The translations under genes and the position numbers were made by a program. Positions 38,004 to 47,772 of a DNA stretch of 54,550 nt are shown here, one piece after another (within the stretch, counting starts at the first letter, position 1; each line of letters opens with the position of its first letter). The notes under the pieces are model-generated. The model was not told where the DNA came from and did no database searches. It saw nothing but the letters and a program-made list of their open reading frames with translations. Source of the stretch: a virus (Duplodnaviria > Heunggongvirae > Uroviricota > Caudoviricetes). Where the stretch lies: the IMG/VR virus record IMGVR_UViG_3300023184_000028, positions 1 through 54,550 of that record, one strand, 5' to 3'.

Positions 38004-38729
38004 TTAATTTTTTATTAAATTATTATAAGAATTTAATAAATTTTTAGTTTGGGGTTGCCATTCACGAAATTGATTCATTTGGTCATCAACATTAGTTATA
38101 TGATGAAGACCTAATCTCATTCTTATATTACTTTCAGGTATGTTTTTTTGTATTTGTATTTTTCTTTTTAAAAATTCATCAGTCATAGGTGAGAACCCGT
38201 ACCATAGAATTATAAAATTATTAGAATAATCACCTAAAAAATGTCTTCCAGTTGGATATGGTTTCCCTACTTTAGAAAGTCTTCTTAATTTTCTAAAATT
38301 AACAATGTGGTCATTATCTATACCATAATATCTTTGTAAAACTAAATTTTTTTCTTTGTCGGGTTGAATAAATTCATTATCAGTATTATCAACCATTAAA
38401 TAGCTTCTAATTAGTATGTCTTCATTTATTTCCTTTTCTAATAAATTAAAATCACCAACTAAAAATTCTGTTGTATTTAATACGATTCTCCATCCTTGTA
38501 ATTTTGATTCTATTTTTTGAATTTCGTTATCAATTAAAAAAGCATCAAAATATTTATTTTCACTATCAATTATTTCCCAAGTAGGGCAAATTTCTTTTAT
38601 TATTTTTTTTGAATTATCTGTAGAATTGTAATCAATCATAATTCCGTGGTCAAAATATTTTTTATGATGATTTAACCACCAAGGGAGTAAATATTCTTCG
38701 TTATAAAAATGAGATAAAATAGTTTTCAT
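38004..38729 (-). CDS. GT2-like glycosyltransferase
   Basis: FYNEEYLLPWWLNHH...DYNSTDNS; start set to MKTILSH. Confidence 0.7.
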   Translation of the reverse strand: MKTILSHFYNEEYLLPWWLNHHKKYFDHGIMIDYNSTDNSKKIIKEICPTWEIIDSENKYFDAFLIDNEIQKIESKLQGWRIVLNTTEFLVGDFNLLEKEINEDILIRSYLMVDNTDNEFIQPDKEKNLVLQRYYGIDNDHIVNFRKLRRLSKVGKPYPTGRHFLGDYSNNFIILWYGFSPMTDEFLKRKIQIQKNIPESNIRMRLGLHHITNVDDQMNQFREWQPQTKNLLNSYNNLIKN

Positions 38730-38730
38730 A

Positions 38731-39321
38731 TTAATTATGCACAAATAAAACACCATTTACTTTTATAGGATTTGTTTGACTGGCAATTTTTGTTGCGTAA
38801 ATCCCATCGGCAACTGAAACAAAATCGGTCCACGGAGTTATTTTAATTAAATCCATATGTGAAATAAATGAACCCATATCAACCCTTCCTACATTTATAG
38901 TAGTGTTTAATATAGTATAACTAAAATGACTATGTAGTACATCGCAATAAACCATTTTCGTATTAAATAATTTTGCAGTTCCAATCATTCTTTCTAAAAA
39001 AATAGGAACATAGTAATTATCTTCATTCGTATATAAAACCCAATCTGCGTGAGGCTCTATCATTGATACCTTATGTCTATGATGAAACCCCCAGTCCCCC
39101 TTATGTTCTAAATTGTCAATAAAAACTATTTTATCACTCAATTTTCTAAACTGGTCAGGTAAAGTTTTATCATTAACAGGTCCATCATGATGTATGTAAA
39201 TTTCATAATTATCGTAAGTTTGGGCTAATAATGAATATACACAGGAAAATGCTGAATTAATTTTTTTTTCTGAGCCGTTGAGGTATGCCGAAATACAAAT
39301 TCTTATTTTATCGTTACTCAT
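38731..39321 (-). CDS. GT2-like glycosyltransferase
   Basis: SLLAQTYDNYEI...HDG, WG...R, TNEDNYY. Confidence 0.75.
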   Translation of the reverse strand: MSNDKIRICISAYLNGSEKKINSAFSCVYSLLAQTYDNYEIYIHHDGPVNDKTLPDQFRKLSDKIVFIDNLEHKGDWGFHHRHKVSMIEPHADWVLYTNEDNYYVPIFLERMIGTAKLFNTKMVYCDVLHSHFSYTILNTTINVGRVDMGSFISHMDLIKITPWTDFVSVADGIYATKIASQTNPIKVNGVLFVHN

Positions 39322-41123
39322 AGTGTTTTTAAATGTTTAGTAAAATTAATACACCTATTTATATTTTCCTTATGTAAGGGTAGTAGTGAAATATATAATA
39401 ATTTTGTTTTTATAACTAATTCGTTGATTTTAATTTTAGGATGTATTAATTGTAATTCACTTAAAAAATATTCTCTAAGTGATTTCAAATAAGTTTCTTC
39501 AATTAATTCATCATGTAAAATATAATCATACCCATATAAACTTTGTAGTATTTTCGCATAATCATACAAAATATCACCATGAATTGTTAACTTGTCATTC
39601 CAAACCCCTCTAATATCAATAAATTTACAAAAATCTTTATTTAAAAAAACATTTGTAAAAACACAATCCCCATGAATTATTCCTTGCTTATATTGAGATA
39701 TTGATTCAATATCCTTTAGATAATCGTTTAAACTAAGATTTAAAGAATTATAAAAACTGTCGTTTTTTTCAAATCGTTCAATAACTTTATTCTTGTAACC
39801 CCAAGATAAATCCAATTCTAATATTTCAGTTTTAGTTGTATGTATTTTATTAATTGTTTTTAATAAAATGTCAATATCATTTTTAGTTAGTTTTTTAGAT
39901 AATAATAAAGATGAAAAAGTCGGGTCTTTTATTTTTTCCATCTCTATTTTTGATTTTGATGATTGATATATGGTCGGAAAATATTTTTTTATTTCTTCAG
40001 GAATATTATTGTAGTAATTAGATTCTCCTTCTAAATTACCTAATTTTATTATTCTATTACCGTCAACTATTATTTTATTGTGAGCTCTTGGGTCATGGTC
40101 TTCAAATAAGTAAAATCCTGTTTCTTTTTCTAAATCTTTGTGTGCTGGTATTGCTTTATCATCAATATATAAATCGGCATATGGTTTCATTAAAATTAAG
40201 TCATGATATAGCACCCCATTATCAGACAAAACTTTTTCAATATACGGTCTTTTTTGTTCAATAAGGTCATAATTTGCATTTGTTGATAACATCCCCCTTG
40301 CGGTGTGTAAAATTATTTTATGCCCATCTTTGAATGCTTGATTACAATACTTTACATTTTTATCTATTTTCTTTGGATTTGTGTATAAATCGTAAATTAA
40401 TGTACCATCAATATCAAAACAAATAGTATATTCGTTTTTTAATTTATTGGTTTTTGAATAATTTTTTAACTGATGAGGGGTTCCGCAACAATCAAATTCA
40501 TTAGTGATATCAATAATCTCAAATTTATGATTATTTTTAACTAACTCTTTAATTGCCATACTTATGTACAACTCCGAATCTAAACATAATAAATTGTTAC
40601 ATGAGATTTCAATTAATTTTTTATTTTCAAACACATAGAATCCTGCATTAGCAATATTACTTATGGCGATTTTTTCCTTAATTTCTGTTACAACATTATT
40701 CTCATTAACCGTAACATAACTATATAAACCAGTTTTATCGTCATCGTAAAATGTTAAAATAAAACTACCTTCTTTATCTATTGCTTTTTTTATTGAAATG
40801 TCAGAAAATATCGTATCACAATCAATACATGCGATTTGTTCATCATCAGGTAAAAAATCACAAGCCTTTAAAATAGTTTCGGCGGCTCCCTTGGTTGGAG
40901 AACTCAATTCAATAATTTTAATTTCGTCACTAAAAATACTTTTTAATTGTTTTGACGTTTCATTATTACAAACAACATAAATTTCATTAAAATTATTTTT
41001 TAATTTATTTATTATTTTTTTTATTAAAGGTTCTGAATTAATTCTCACAAATGGTTTATATTCAGAATATCCTGCATTCAGAAACCTTAAACCAAATCCC
41101 ATCATAGGTATTAATGCTATCAT
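39318..41123 (-). CDS. Trifunctional NTP-transferase + HAD phosphatase + APH/choline-kinase-like protein
   Basis: IPMMG.G.RF...KP and GTP (NTP transferase); FDIDGTL, HTARG, KP.AD.YIDD (HAD); HGD...N and FID.RG (kinase). Confidence 0.85.
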   Translation of the reverse strand: MIALIPMMGFGLRFLNAGYSEYKPFVRINSEPLIKKIINKLKNNFNEIYVVCNNETSKQLKSIFSDEIKIIELSSPTKGAAETILKACDFLPDDEQIACIDCDTIFSDISIKKAIDKEGSFILTFYDDDKTGLYSYVTVNENNVVTEIKEKIAISNIANAGFYVFENKKLIEISCNNLLCLDSELYISMAIKELVKNNHKFEIIDITNEFDCCGTPHQLKNYSKTNKLKNEYTICFDIDGTLIYDLYTNPKKIDKNVKYCNQAFKDGHKIILHTARGMLSTNANYDLIEQKRPYIEKVLSDNGVLYHDLILMKPYADLYIDDKAIPAHKDLEKETGFYLFEDHDPRAHNKIIVDGNRIIKLGNLEGESNYYNNIPEEIKKYFPTIYQSSKSKIEMEKIKDPTFSSLLLSKKLTKNDIDILLKTINKIHTTKTEILELDLSWGYKNKVIERFEKNDSFYNSLNLSLNDYLKDIESISQYKQGIIHGDCVFTNVFLNKDFCKFIDIRGVWNDKLTIHGDILYDYAKILQSLYGYDYILHDELIEETYLKSLREYFLSELQLIHPKIKINELVIKTKLLYISLLPLHKENINRCINFTKHLKTL

Positions 41124-41124
41124 A

Positions 41125-41781
41125 TTAATTTTTTTTCCAAACTAAATAAATTGACCTCAATCCATAAGATTTTATGTCATCTCCAACTTCCCAATTGTAT
41201 TTATATACCCCAATATCTAAATTATTATCTTTAAGTAATTTATAATTAAAATTATTTTCCTTAAAAATTGTTTCAAGATATTCTCTAGAGGTTTTAGACA
41301 CAATATTGGTGGCATCGCTATTCTCAATTGAGGATAGATTACAACTTGAACTGGCATTTTCTAATTCAAAGATTATTTCATTTTTATTTGAATTAATATT
41401 TTCCGTTTCTAATATAAGAAGATTACAGGAATTTAAACATTCTATTAAATTTTCTTTTACGTTTTTCAAATGATAAAGTAAACCAGCGTGTAATATAATA
41501 TCGTATTTTTTATCTAATTTTAATTTATCACAATCAACTAATTTTGATTCAATATTTGGATAACTTTTATTTAAAATTTTTAAATTTTCTTTCCTACCTT
41601 CATAAGCAGTTACTTTTGAGCCTTTTTTATAAAACTCATTTCCAAAATAACCATATAAAGCACCTAGTTCTAAAAGTGTTTTTCCATCAAAAAAATCAAA
41701 ATCATCAAATATTTTTGAGACTTCATCATTTATAATCTTAAATCTTTTTTCAACCCATAAAGGGTAGTCTGAAATGTGCAT
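41125..41781 (-). CDS. Class I SAM-dependent methyltransferase
   Basis: LLELGALYG, YEGR..N, GLLYHL. Confidence 0.85.
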   Translation of the reverse strand: MHISDYPLWVEKRFKIINDEVSKIFDDFDFFDGKTLLELGALYGYFGNEFYKKGSKVTAYEGRKENLKILNKSYPNIESKLVDCDKLKLDKKYDIILHAGLLYHLKNVKENLIECLNSCNLLILETENINSNKNEIIFELENASSSCNLSSIENSDATNIVSKTSREYLETIFKENNFNYKLLKDNNLDIGVYKYNWEVGDDIKSYGLRSIYLVWKKN

Positions 41782-41782
41782 T

Positions 41783-42859
41783 TTATTTTATTAATTGTTT
41801 ATTGAACCATTCTATTGGTGGTTTAGTATTAAAATGAATTAAATATGAATAATTACAAGATTTTGCCATATTTAAATTATTAAAATTTCTGTGTATATTT
41901 AATTCCTCATCGTTTGAATTTGGGTTAATATCTATATCTTTTATTTTATTTTTCCAAAATAATGGTATGTCATTAATCACCCATTTATAATCTGTTCCAT
42001 TTATATCAATAGAATATAGGTTAGTTGACTTTGGATTTATATTCACACAATTTTCATATCTTTCGTCATAACCATATTTTATTTTAATATTTTTTTCAAA
42101 AAACCCATACGGAATTAATAATGGGGGTGCAATATTAGCAAAATTACCAACATGTCCATATCCATCAAAATGTCTAACAATTTCTTTAGTCGGAATATAA
42201 AATGTTGAAGGCATTGGGGTTCTAACATTATAAAATTCGTCAGGTTTAAACCATAATCTACCATCATCCTCAAATTCAAACCAATATTTTTTAAATCTTT
42301 CTTTTTTTATTATAAGTATACCATCAAAAATACTCCATCTGTATTTTACAAAATTACCCCCATTTTGAAGTTCCCCATTAAAGTGATTGGCAATTCTAAT
42401 TCCTTCTAACCAATGAGAATAGTATATAGCGGATAATGGGTCAGAATCTTTTGTTAAAATATCAATACCATCTCTTAAAACATCTAAAGAACTATCCAAA
42501 AAAACGTGGTCATCATTACAGGCTAACCAAATAATATCATCATTTATTTCAGATATCTCATCGTAAACATTCCTCCAATCTTTAATATAGTTGTTTCTAT
42601 ACCATTTAAGAATTAATTTATCTTTTGGAAAATTCTCATAAATAAAATTTTCAAGTTCTCCTTTTCTATGAATGAATTCATTAGAAATTTCAATATAAAA
42701 AACAAATTTACTAACTAACTCTGAAAACACAGAATAACTTGATAACGTGTATTTAAAAACATCAAACCTACTTGTGGTTGGATAATCATGTCTAACACCG
42801 TTTTTATAACTATTAACTAATCTATGTTCTGTTATTTTAACATTAATTAACACTATCAT
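41783..42859 (-). CDS. Hypothetical protein, possibly GT-A-fold
   Basis: IIWLACNDDHVF and RHFDGYGH motifs within the sugar locus. Confidence 0.5.
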   Translation of the reverse strand: MIVLINVKITEHRLVNSYKNGVRHDYPTTSRFDVFKYTLSSYSVFSELVSKFVFYIEISNEFIHRKGELENFIYENFPKDKLILKWYRNNYIKDWRNVYDEISEINDDIIWLACNDDHVFLDSSLDVLRDGIDILTKDSDPLSAIYYSHWLEGIRIANHFNGELQNGGNFVKYRWSIFDGILIIKKERFKKYWFEFEDDGRLWFKPDEFYNVRTPMPSTFYIPTKEIVRHFDGYGHVGNFANIAPPLLIPYGFFEKNIKIKYGYDERYENCVNINPKSTNLYSIDINGTDYKWVINDIPLFWKNKIKDIDINPNSNDEELNIHRNFNNLNMAKSCNYSYLIHFNTKPPIEWFNKQLIK

Positions 42860-44052
42860 TGTACACTATATTTTGGGAAATATTTTATATAGATATCTCC
42901 ATCATTGTCACGAACTTTTTTTATTCGTTCTTTTATTTCATTAAAGAAGTTCCATGCTAATGGTATAAAAACTATGCGGTCATTTTCATTATATTCCGAT
43001 AGAAAATTAACAGATTTGATTTGTATGTTACTTCCAGGTGTATATAAACCCTGTTTCATCGGATTATCATCTATAATATAATCTAATGAAATATTTGCAA
43101 AATTTAAAAATGTCATCCCTTTTGCCGCCGCACCATATCCGATTATTTTATACCCGTCTTTACGATACTTTTCAATTGAGTCAATAAATGTGTTAACAAT
43201 CTCTAACACATTTTCTCTGTAGTTAGTATATGTTTTATGCGATAATAAACCTCGTTCTTTTTCAACATCAATATGATTTTGAATTAAAACATTTTGTTTT
43301 ATTTTTTTACTTAATACAAAAACATAACTGATTCCGTGAGCAGGAGTTTTAACAACATCAATTAAATTTAAATTTGTTCTTTTTGCTAATTCGTTAAAAG
43401 AGTTTACATTGAAGAATGATAAATGTTCATGATAAATTGTATCAAATTGATTATTATTTATCATTTCAGATTGAGATGTTTGAATAAACAATAATGAATT
43501 GTCGTCCATTAAATTATAACAATCATCTAAAAATTGTTTGGCATTTTCGTTATGTGCAAAAACATTCTGAGCTAAAATAACATCAAATTTTTTATCAAAA
43601 CTTTTATCGTTAAAATAGTCACAAACCACTGTATGATTTTTAGAACAAATTTCAAATAAATTAGTTGCCGGTTCAACACCGTAAGTTTTCCATCCATTTT
43701 CCTTAAAAAAATCTAACTGAGTACCATCATTACAAGCAATGTCTAAGATAGTACCATTTGATTTTTTAGTATATAATTCAATAAATTTAGCAAACCACTT
43801 AAAATAATCTCTTAATGTATTTGAAGTCCCGCTAACATATAAATAATTTTTAAATAATAAATCGGGATTTACAATATGTGATAGTTGTAAATGATAACAA
43901 TTAGAACATAAGTTTAATTTTAGTGGAAACTCAGGTAGTTTCTCATTATTCAAATGGTAGGTATTGGCTAATGGTTGATTTTTTAAATCTAAAATTTCTA
44001 TTAAATTTTTACTATCACAACATATACATGTTGTTTTTTCACTACAATTCAT
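42856..44052 (-). CDS. NDP-sugar C-methyltransferase (Zn-binding + MTase + C-terminal domain)
   Basis: CxxC...QPLAN...CxxC..LQL, LDIACNDG, NVFAH, FDTIYHEH, GYGAAAKG, LAWNF. Confidence 0.9.
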   Translation of the reverse strand: MNCSEKTTCICCDSKNLIEILDLKNQPLANTYHLNNEKLPEFPLKLNLCSNCYHLQLSHIVNPDLLFKNYLYVSGTSNTLRDYFKWFAKFIELYTKKSNGTILDIACNDGTQLDFFKENGWKTYGVEPATNLFEICSKNHTVVCDYFNDKSFDKKFDVILAQNVFAHNENAKQFLDDCYNLMDDNSLLFIQTSQSEMINNNQFDTIYHEHLSFFNVNSFNELAKRTNLNLIDVVKTPAHGISYVFVLSKKIKQNVLIQNHIDVEKERGLLSHKTYTNYRENVLEIVNTFIDSIEKYRKDGYKIIGYGAAAKGMTFLNFANISLDYIIDDNPMKQGLYTPGSNIQIKSVNFLSEYNENDRIVFIPLAWNFFNEIKERIKKVRDNDGDIYIKYFPKYSVQ

Positions 44053-44965
44053 ATTTTTTTATATTATCTCGTTTAGTTAAAACTATAGAATCAAAATTTT
44101 CTACAATACTGTTAGTAATGGTAGTAATCGTTTCTTTAAAAGTAAAATTAAAATTTTTTATAAATTTTTCACAATTTATTGAAAAATTATAGTTTTTTGT
44201 TTGTAATTTAGAGTTAAAAATAACATCTCCTACTTCTTTCTCATTCACAGGTTTATTAATAATCTCGGAAACTGAGTATGCGATTTTTTCTGAAGTACTG
44301 TTAAATGATGCTAAATTATAAATCCCTCTCAAATCTTTAGTTTCTTCAATAATTTTTATAATGGCTGAGGTTAAATCTTTAATTCCTAATATAGGCCTTA
44401 AAGTATCTTTAACATATAAATCAATTTTATTATTCAAAATTGCTGATGTTACCATTGAATTTATCATGATATCTGTTCTCATTATTGGTGAATATCCATT
44501 TACAGTACCAAATCTTAATCCGTAATACTCAATCCCTGAGAATTCGGCATATAAATCAGATACATGTTTAGTTATGTCATAATTGTTATGTGGAACAAAA
44601 CTTAAATAAGTTTCGTCAACAATATTTTCACCAGTTGCTCCATAAACACTGGAACTACTTGCATAAATCAATTTAATTCTTTTATTAATATTTTTAATTT
44701 TATTCAATAAATTTATAAAGTTAATAACATTATTATTAAATGCGTATGTATAATCACCTTCACACATTTTAACACTAGAATGACCTGCCAATAAAACAAT
44801 AGAATCAAAGTTAGATATAAAATCTTCATCTAACGAATTATAGTCACATTTAATAGAATTTTTGTTATTAAACCATCCAATATCAACAGATGTAATCTCA
44901 TAGGGTAAATTTTCATTTAAATAACTACCTATGTATCCATCACCACCAATTATTAAAATTTTCAT
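44042..44965 (-). CDS. NAD-dependent epimerase/dehydratase (extended SDR)
   Basis: GGDGYIGS, ASSSSVYG, YDITK (YxxxK), LRFGTV.G. Confidence 0.9.
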   Translation of the reverse strand: MKILIIGGDGYIGSYLNENLPYEITSVDIGWFNNKNSIKCDYNSLDEDFISNFDSIVLLAGHSSVKMCEGDYTYAFNNNVINFINLLNKIKNINKRIKLIYASSSSVYGATGENIVDETYLSFVPHNNYDITKHVSDLYAEFSGIEYYGLRFGTVNGYSPIMRTDIMINSMVTSAILNNKIDLYVKDTLRPILGIKDLTSAIIKIIEETKDLRGIYNLASFNSTSEKIAYSVSEIINKPVNEKEVGDVIFNSKLQTKNYNFSINCEKFIKNFNFTFKETITTITNSIVENFDSIVLTKRDNIKKYEL

Positions 44966-44976
44966 AATATATTTTT

Positions 44977-46488
44977 TTAAGTTAAAACCATAAATTTATT
45001 TTTTAATTTATCAAAATTATTTCTAACAAATGGATATAATTTTTCTAAATAATCTCTACCTTCATTTTCCGCATTTTCAGTTCCTTTACCCCTGGTTTGA
45101 CTTTCATAATGATAAGCAACTAAATTACCGTCATAATAATTTTCATAACCAAGAGTAACACATTTAAAATTTAATTCAACATCTTCAAAACAAGTTGTGT
45201 ATGATTCATTAAAATATCCACATTTTTCAAATACATTTTTTCTTATCATCATTAATGCTGCGGTATTACCAACAACAGGTCTAAGATTTAGGTTGTAATT
45301 GAAATAACTATATAAACCAGAATGAGTTATTTTAAACTGTTTTTTATCGTCTAAAAACGCCATCATTCCGTCGTGTTGGATAGTGTTATCTTCAAAATGA
45401 AGTCTACATCCAACGGTACCACATTTACTGTTGTTTTTAATTATTTTTATCATTCCATAGATAACATTATTTAATACTTTAATATCATTGTTACAAAACA
45501 ATAAAAGCTCATATTGATTCCCAATGTGATTTTTAACAACGTCATTATTAATTTTTGCAAAATTATAATAATCATATTCTATTAAGTTAACATTTCCAAG
45601 ATTTAGAATATTTTGTCTTATCCATTCTTTTTCTAAATCACTAGACCCAGTATCTGCAATAAAAATATCAAAAAGTTCTGAATTACAATGTTGATAAAAT
45701 GAATTAATACAATTAAATAACATTTCAACTTTTCCTTTTGTGGGTATTATGACCGCAACTTTTCCAATATTTTTTATAGGTTTTTCTTTTATTTCGGGGA
45801 TATAAGAGTTATTAGGTCTCAAATCAAGAGGTAGTTTATCTCCCCATTTTTTGACGAATTTTTCTTTACTCTCCCAAAACTCTTTATTTGGTTGACCTAC
45901 AGATTCATGAGTAATTTCAAATGACGTTGTTACGCCAATTTTAACACCATCCAAATAATTTGGCATGCAAAATAGATGGTCATAAAAATGGAATTTTCCA
46001 ATTGTTTCGTCAAATGTGTGTTTTATTTTGGTTTTATCAAATGATATGAATAACCCATCAATCGTTACCACAGGTATTAAAAATGGTAATTTCGTAGAAT
46101 ATTTACTTAACCATTTTTTTTGACCGACAGGATGATGATAAACTTGTCCGACCATAGTTAAATTCATTCGTTCCCAATATACTCCTGATTCCGGAAAATA
46201 ACAAGAACCCGCTTTACCTACAATTCCGTAATCGGGATTATCTTGAAAATCCTTTAGTAATTTTTTACCCCAATCAGTTTCTAATTTAATATCATTATGA
46301 CAACATACAACAATATCATATTTTGATTCCGAAATACCTTTGTTATAAATTTCGGATAGACTATACTGATTATGATTTACATATTCTAAAATCTCAAAAT
46401 CATTAATTCCAATACTTTTAGACAAATGGTCTTTAAATTTTTTATTATAATCAGAATCTTTATGCGTTGAATATACTACTGTAATCAT
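44977..46488 (-). CDS. Two-domain GT2 glycosyltransferase
   Basis: N-domain YNKG...CHNDI, DGLF, FHFYD; C-domain VIIPT, NFAKINN, CNNDI, FEDVEL, HYESQTRG. Confidence 0.85.
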   Translation of the reverse strand: MITVVYSTHKDSDYNKKFKDHLSKSIGINDFEILEYVNHNQYSLSEIYNKGISESKYDIVVCCHNDIKLETDWGKKLLKDFQDNPDYGIVGKAGSCYFPESGVYWERMNLTMVGQVYHHPVGQKKWLSKYSTKLPFLIPVVTIDGLFISFDKTKIKHTFDETIGKFHFYDHLFCMPNYLDGVKIGVTTSFEITHESVGQPNKEFWESKEKFVKKWGDKLPLDLRPNNSYIPEIKEKPIKNIGKVAVIIPTKGKVEMLFNCINSFYQHCNSELFDIFIADTGSSDLEKEWIRQNILNLGNVNLIEYDYYNFAKINNDVVKNHIGNQYELLLFCNNDIKVLNNVIYGMIKIIKNNSKCGTVGCRLHFEDNTIQHDGMMAFLDDKKQFKITHSGLYSYFNYNLNLRPVVGNTAALMMIRKNVFEKCGYFNESYTTCFEDVELNFKCVTLGYENYYDGNLVAYHYESQTRGKGTENAENEGRDYLEKLYPFVRNNFDKLKNKFMVLT

Positions 46489-46500
46489 ATTTTTTATTTT

Positions 46501-47067
46501 TTATATTCCTGTTGAGCCAAATCCATTATCTCCTCTATCTTTTTCTTCAATATTACTAACTTTAACCAAATCAACCCATTTACCATTAATAACCGGACAT
46601 AAAACCGCTTGAGCAATTTTCATTCCTTTCACTATTGAAACAGGTAAATTACTTGAGTTAAAAATTATCACTTTAATTTCCCCATTATATCCTGAATCTA
46701 CAGTTCCTGGAGTATTTAGAACCGTCAATCCTTGTTTTAGGGCTAACCCACTCTTAGGTCTTACTTGTATTTCGGTACCATCAGGAATATCAAATCTAAG
46801 ACCTGTTGGTACTAATACTCTATCAAATGGTTTTAATTCAAAATCCTCTGTTGAATAAAGGTCAAATCCTGAATCAGATGGGTAATTGTATTCTGGGTCG
46901 GATACTTCGTCAGTTAATTTTTCATATTTTAACTCTCTTTTTGGTGTATAATTGGCGAATTCTTCATCTAACCCATCTAAATCAATTCCCATATCAGATA
47001 ATAGTTCTTTCATTTTAGTTAATTCCCCATCATCTTTTAATAAATAATCAAATTCATCTGTCATCAT
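46501..47067 (-). CDS. dut: Trimeric dUTPase
   Basis: SGFDL, RPKSGL, GTVDSGY.GEI, KIAQ, RGDNGFGSTG. Confidence 0.95.
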   Translation of the reverse strand: MMTDEFDYLLKDDGELTKMKELLSDMGIDLDGLDEEFANYTPKRELKYEKLTDEVSDPEYNYPSDSGFDLYSTEDFELKPFDRVLVPTGLRFDIPDGTEIQVRPKSGLALKQGLTVLNTPGTVDSGYNGEIKVIIFNSSNLPVSIVKGMKIAQAVLCPVINGKWVDLVKVSNIEEKDRGDNGFGSTGI

Positions 47068-47768
47068 ATTTCTAACTTTTTTAATTTTTTAATAATATCT
47101 ATTAATACTTTAACGTCACGTTCACAGTATTCAGTTATTTCTTTTAATTTATTTTCATCCCAATATGCGGAATGTACTTTATCGCCAGTTACTTCACCAT
47201 CTTTAGGTGTTGGAATATCCATTGTTGTACAAAGTAAATCTAATGAACCTATGGATGTATATGCCCCATATTGCCAAATCTCTTTTGTATCTATTGCTTT
47301 AATTTCCCAAGGTTTTGTATCATAACTTGGAAGTATTGACGGTGGCATAAGTCCGTTGATAATCATTCTTTTAGCTAACATTGGAATATCAAAGTTCTTT
47401 AAGTTATGTCCACATAGGTAAAAATCCAATTTTCCGCATCTGTCTAATAGTTTTTGACAATCTTTTAATAATTCTTTTTCATCATCACCTGAAAAACTTT
47501 GTGTTTTAATTTCATCTTTGTCAGTGACAAATGCAACACTAACGCAAACTATTTTTGCAAATTCAGGAACAAGAGACGCTCTTCTAATAAAAATTTCATC
47601 TAAAGATAGTTGAGAATCCTCAGGAAATCTTTTTACAAACCAATCAATATATTTAACATATTGTTTAGCAACATTTGGATTAGTGATTTTACACGATTCA
47701 TAATTTTTACATCCACCAACAGTTTCAATGTCAATAAATAAAATTTTTGTTATAGGAATTTTTATCAT
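47064..47768 (-). CDS. DEDDy 3'-5' exonuclease (PolB-exo-like, stand-alone)
   Basis: FIDIET, GHN..NFDIP, YCERDV. Confidence 0.88.
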   Translation of the reverse strand: MIKIPITKILFIDIETVGGCKNYESCKITNPNVAKQYVKYIDWFVKRFPEDSQLSLDEIFIRRASLVPEFAKIVCVSVAFVTDKDEIKTQSFSGDDEKELLKDCQKLLDRCGKLDFYLCGHNLKNFDIPMLAKRMIINGLMPPSILPSYDTKPWEIKAIDTKEIWQYGAYTSIGSLDLLCTTMDIPTPKDGEVTGDKVHSAYWDENKLKEITEYCERDVKVLIDIIKKLKKLEI

Positions 47769-47772
47769 AAAA

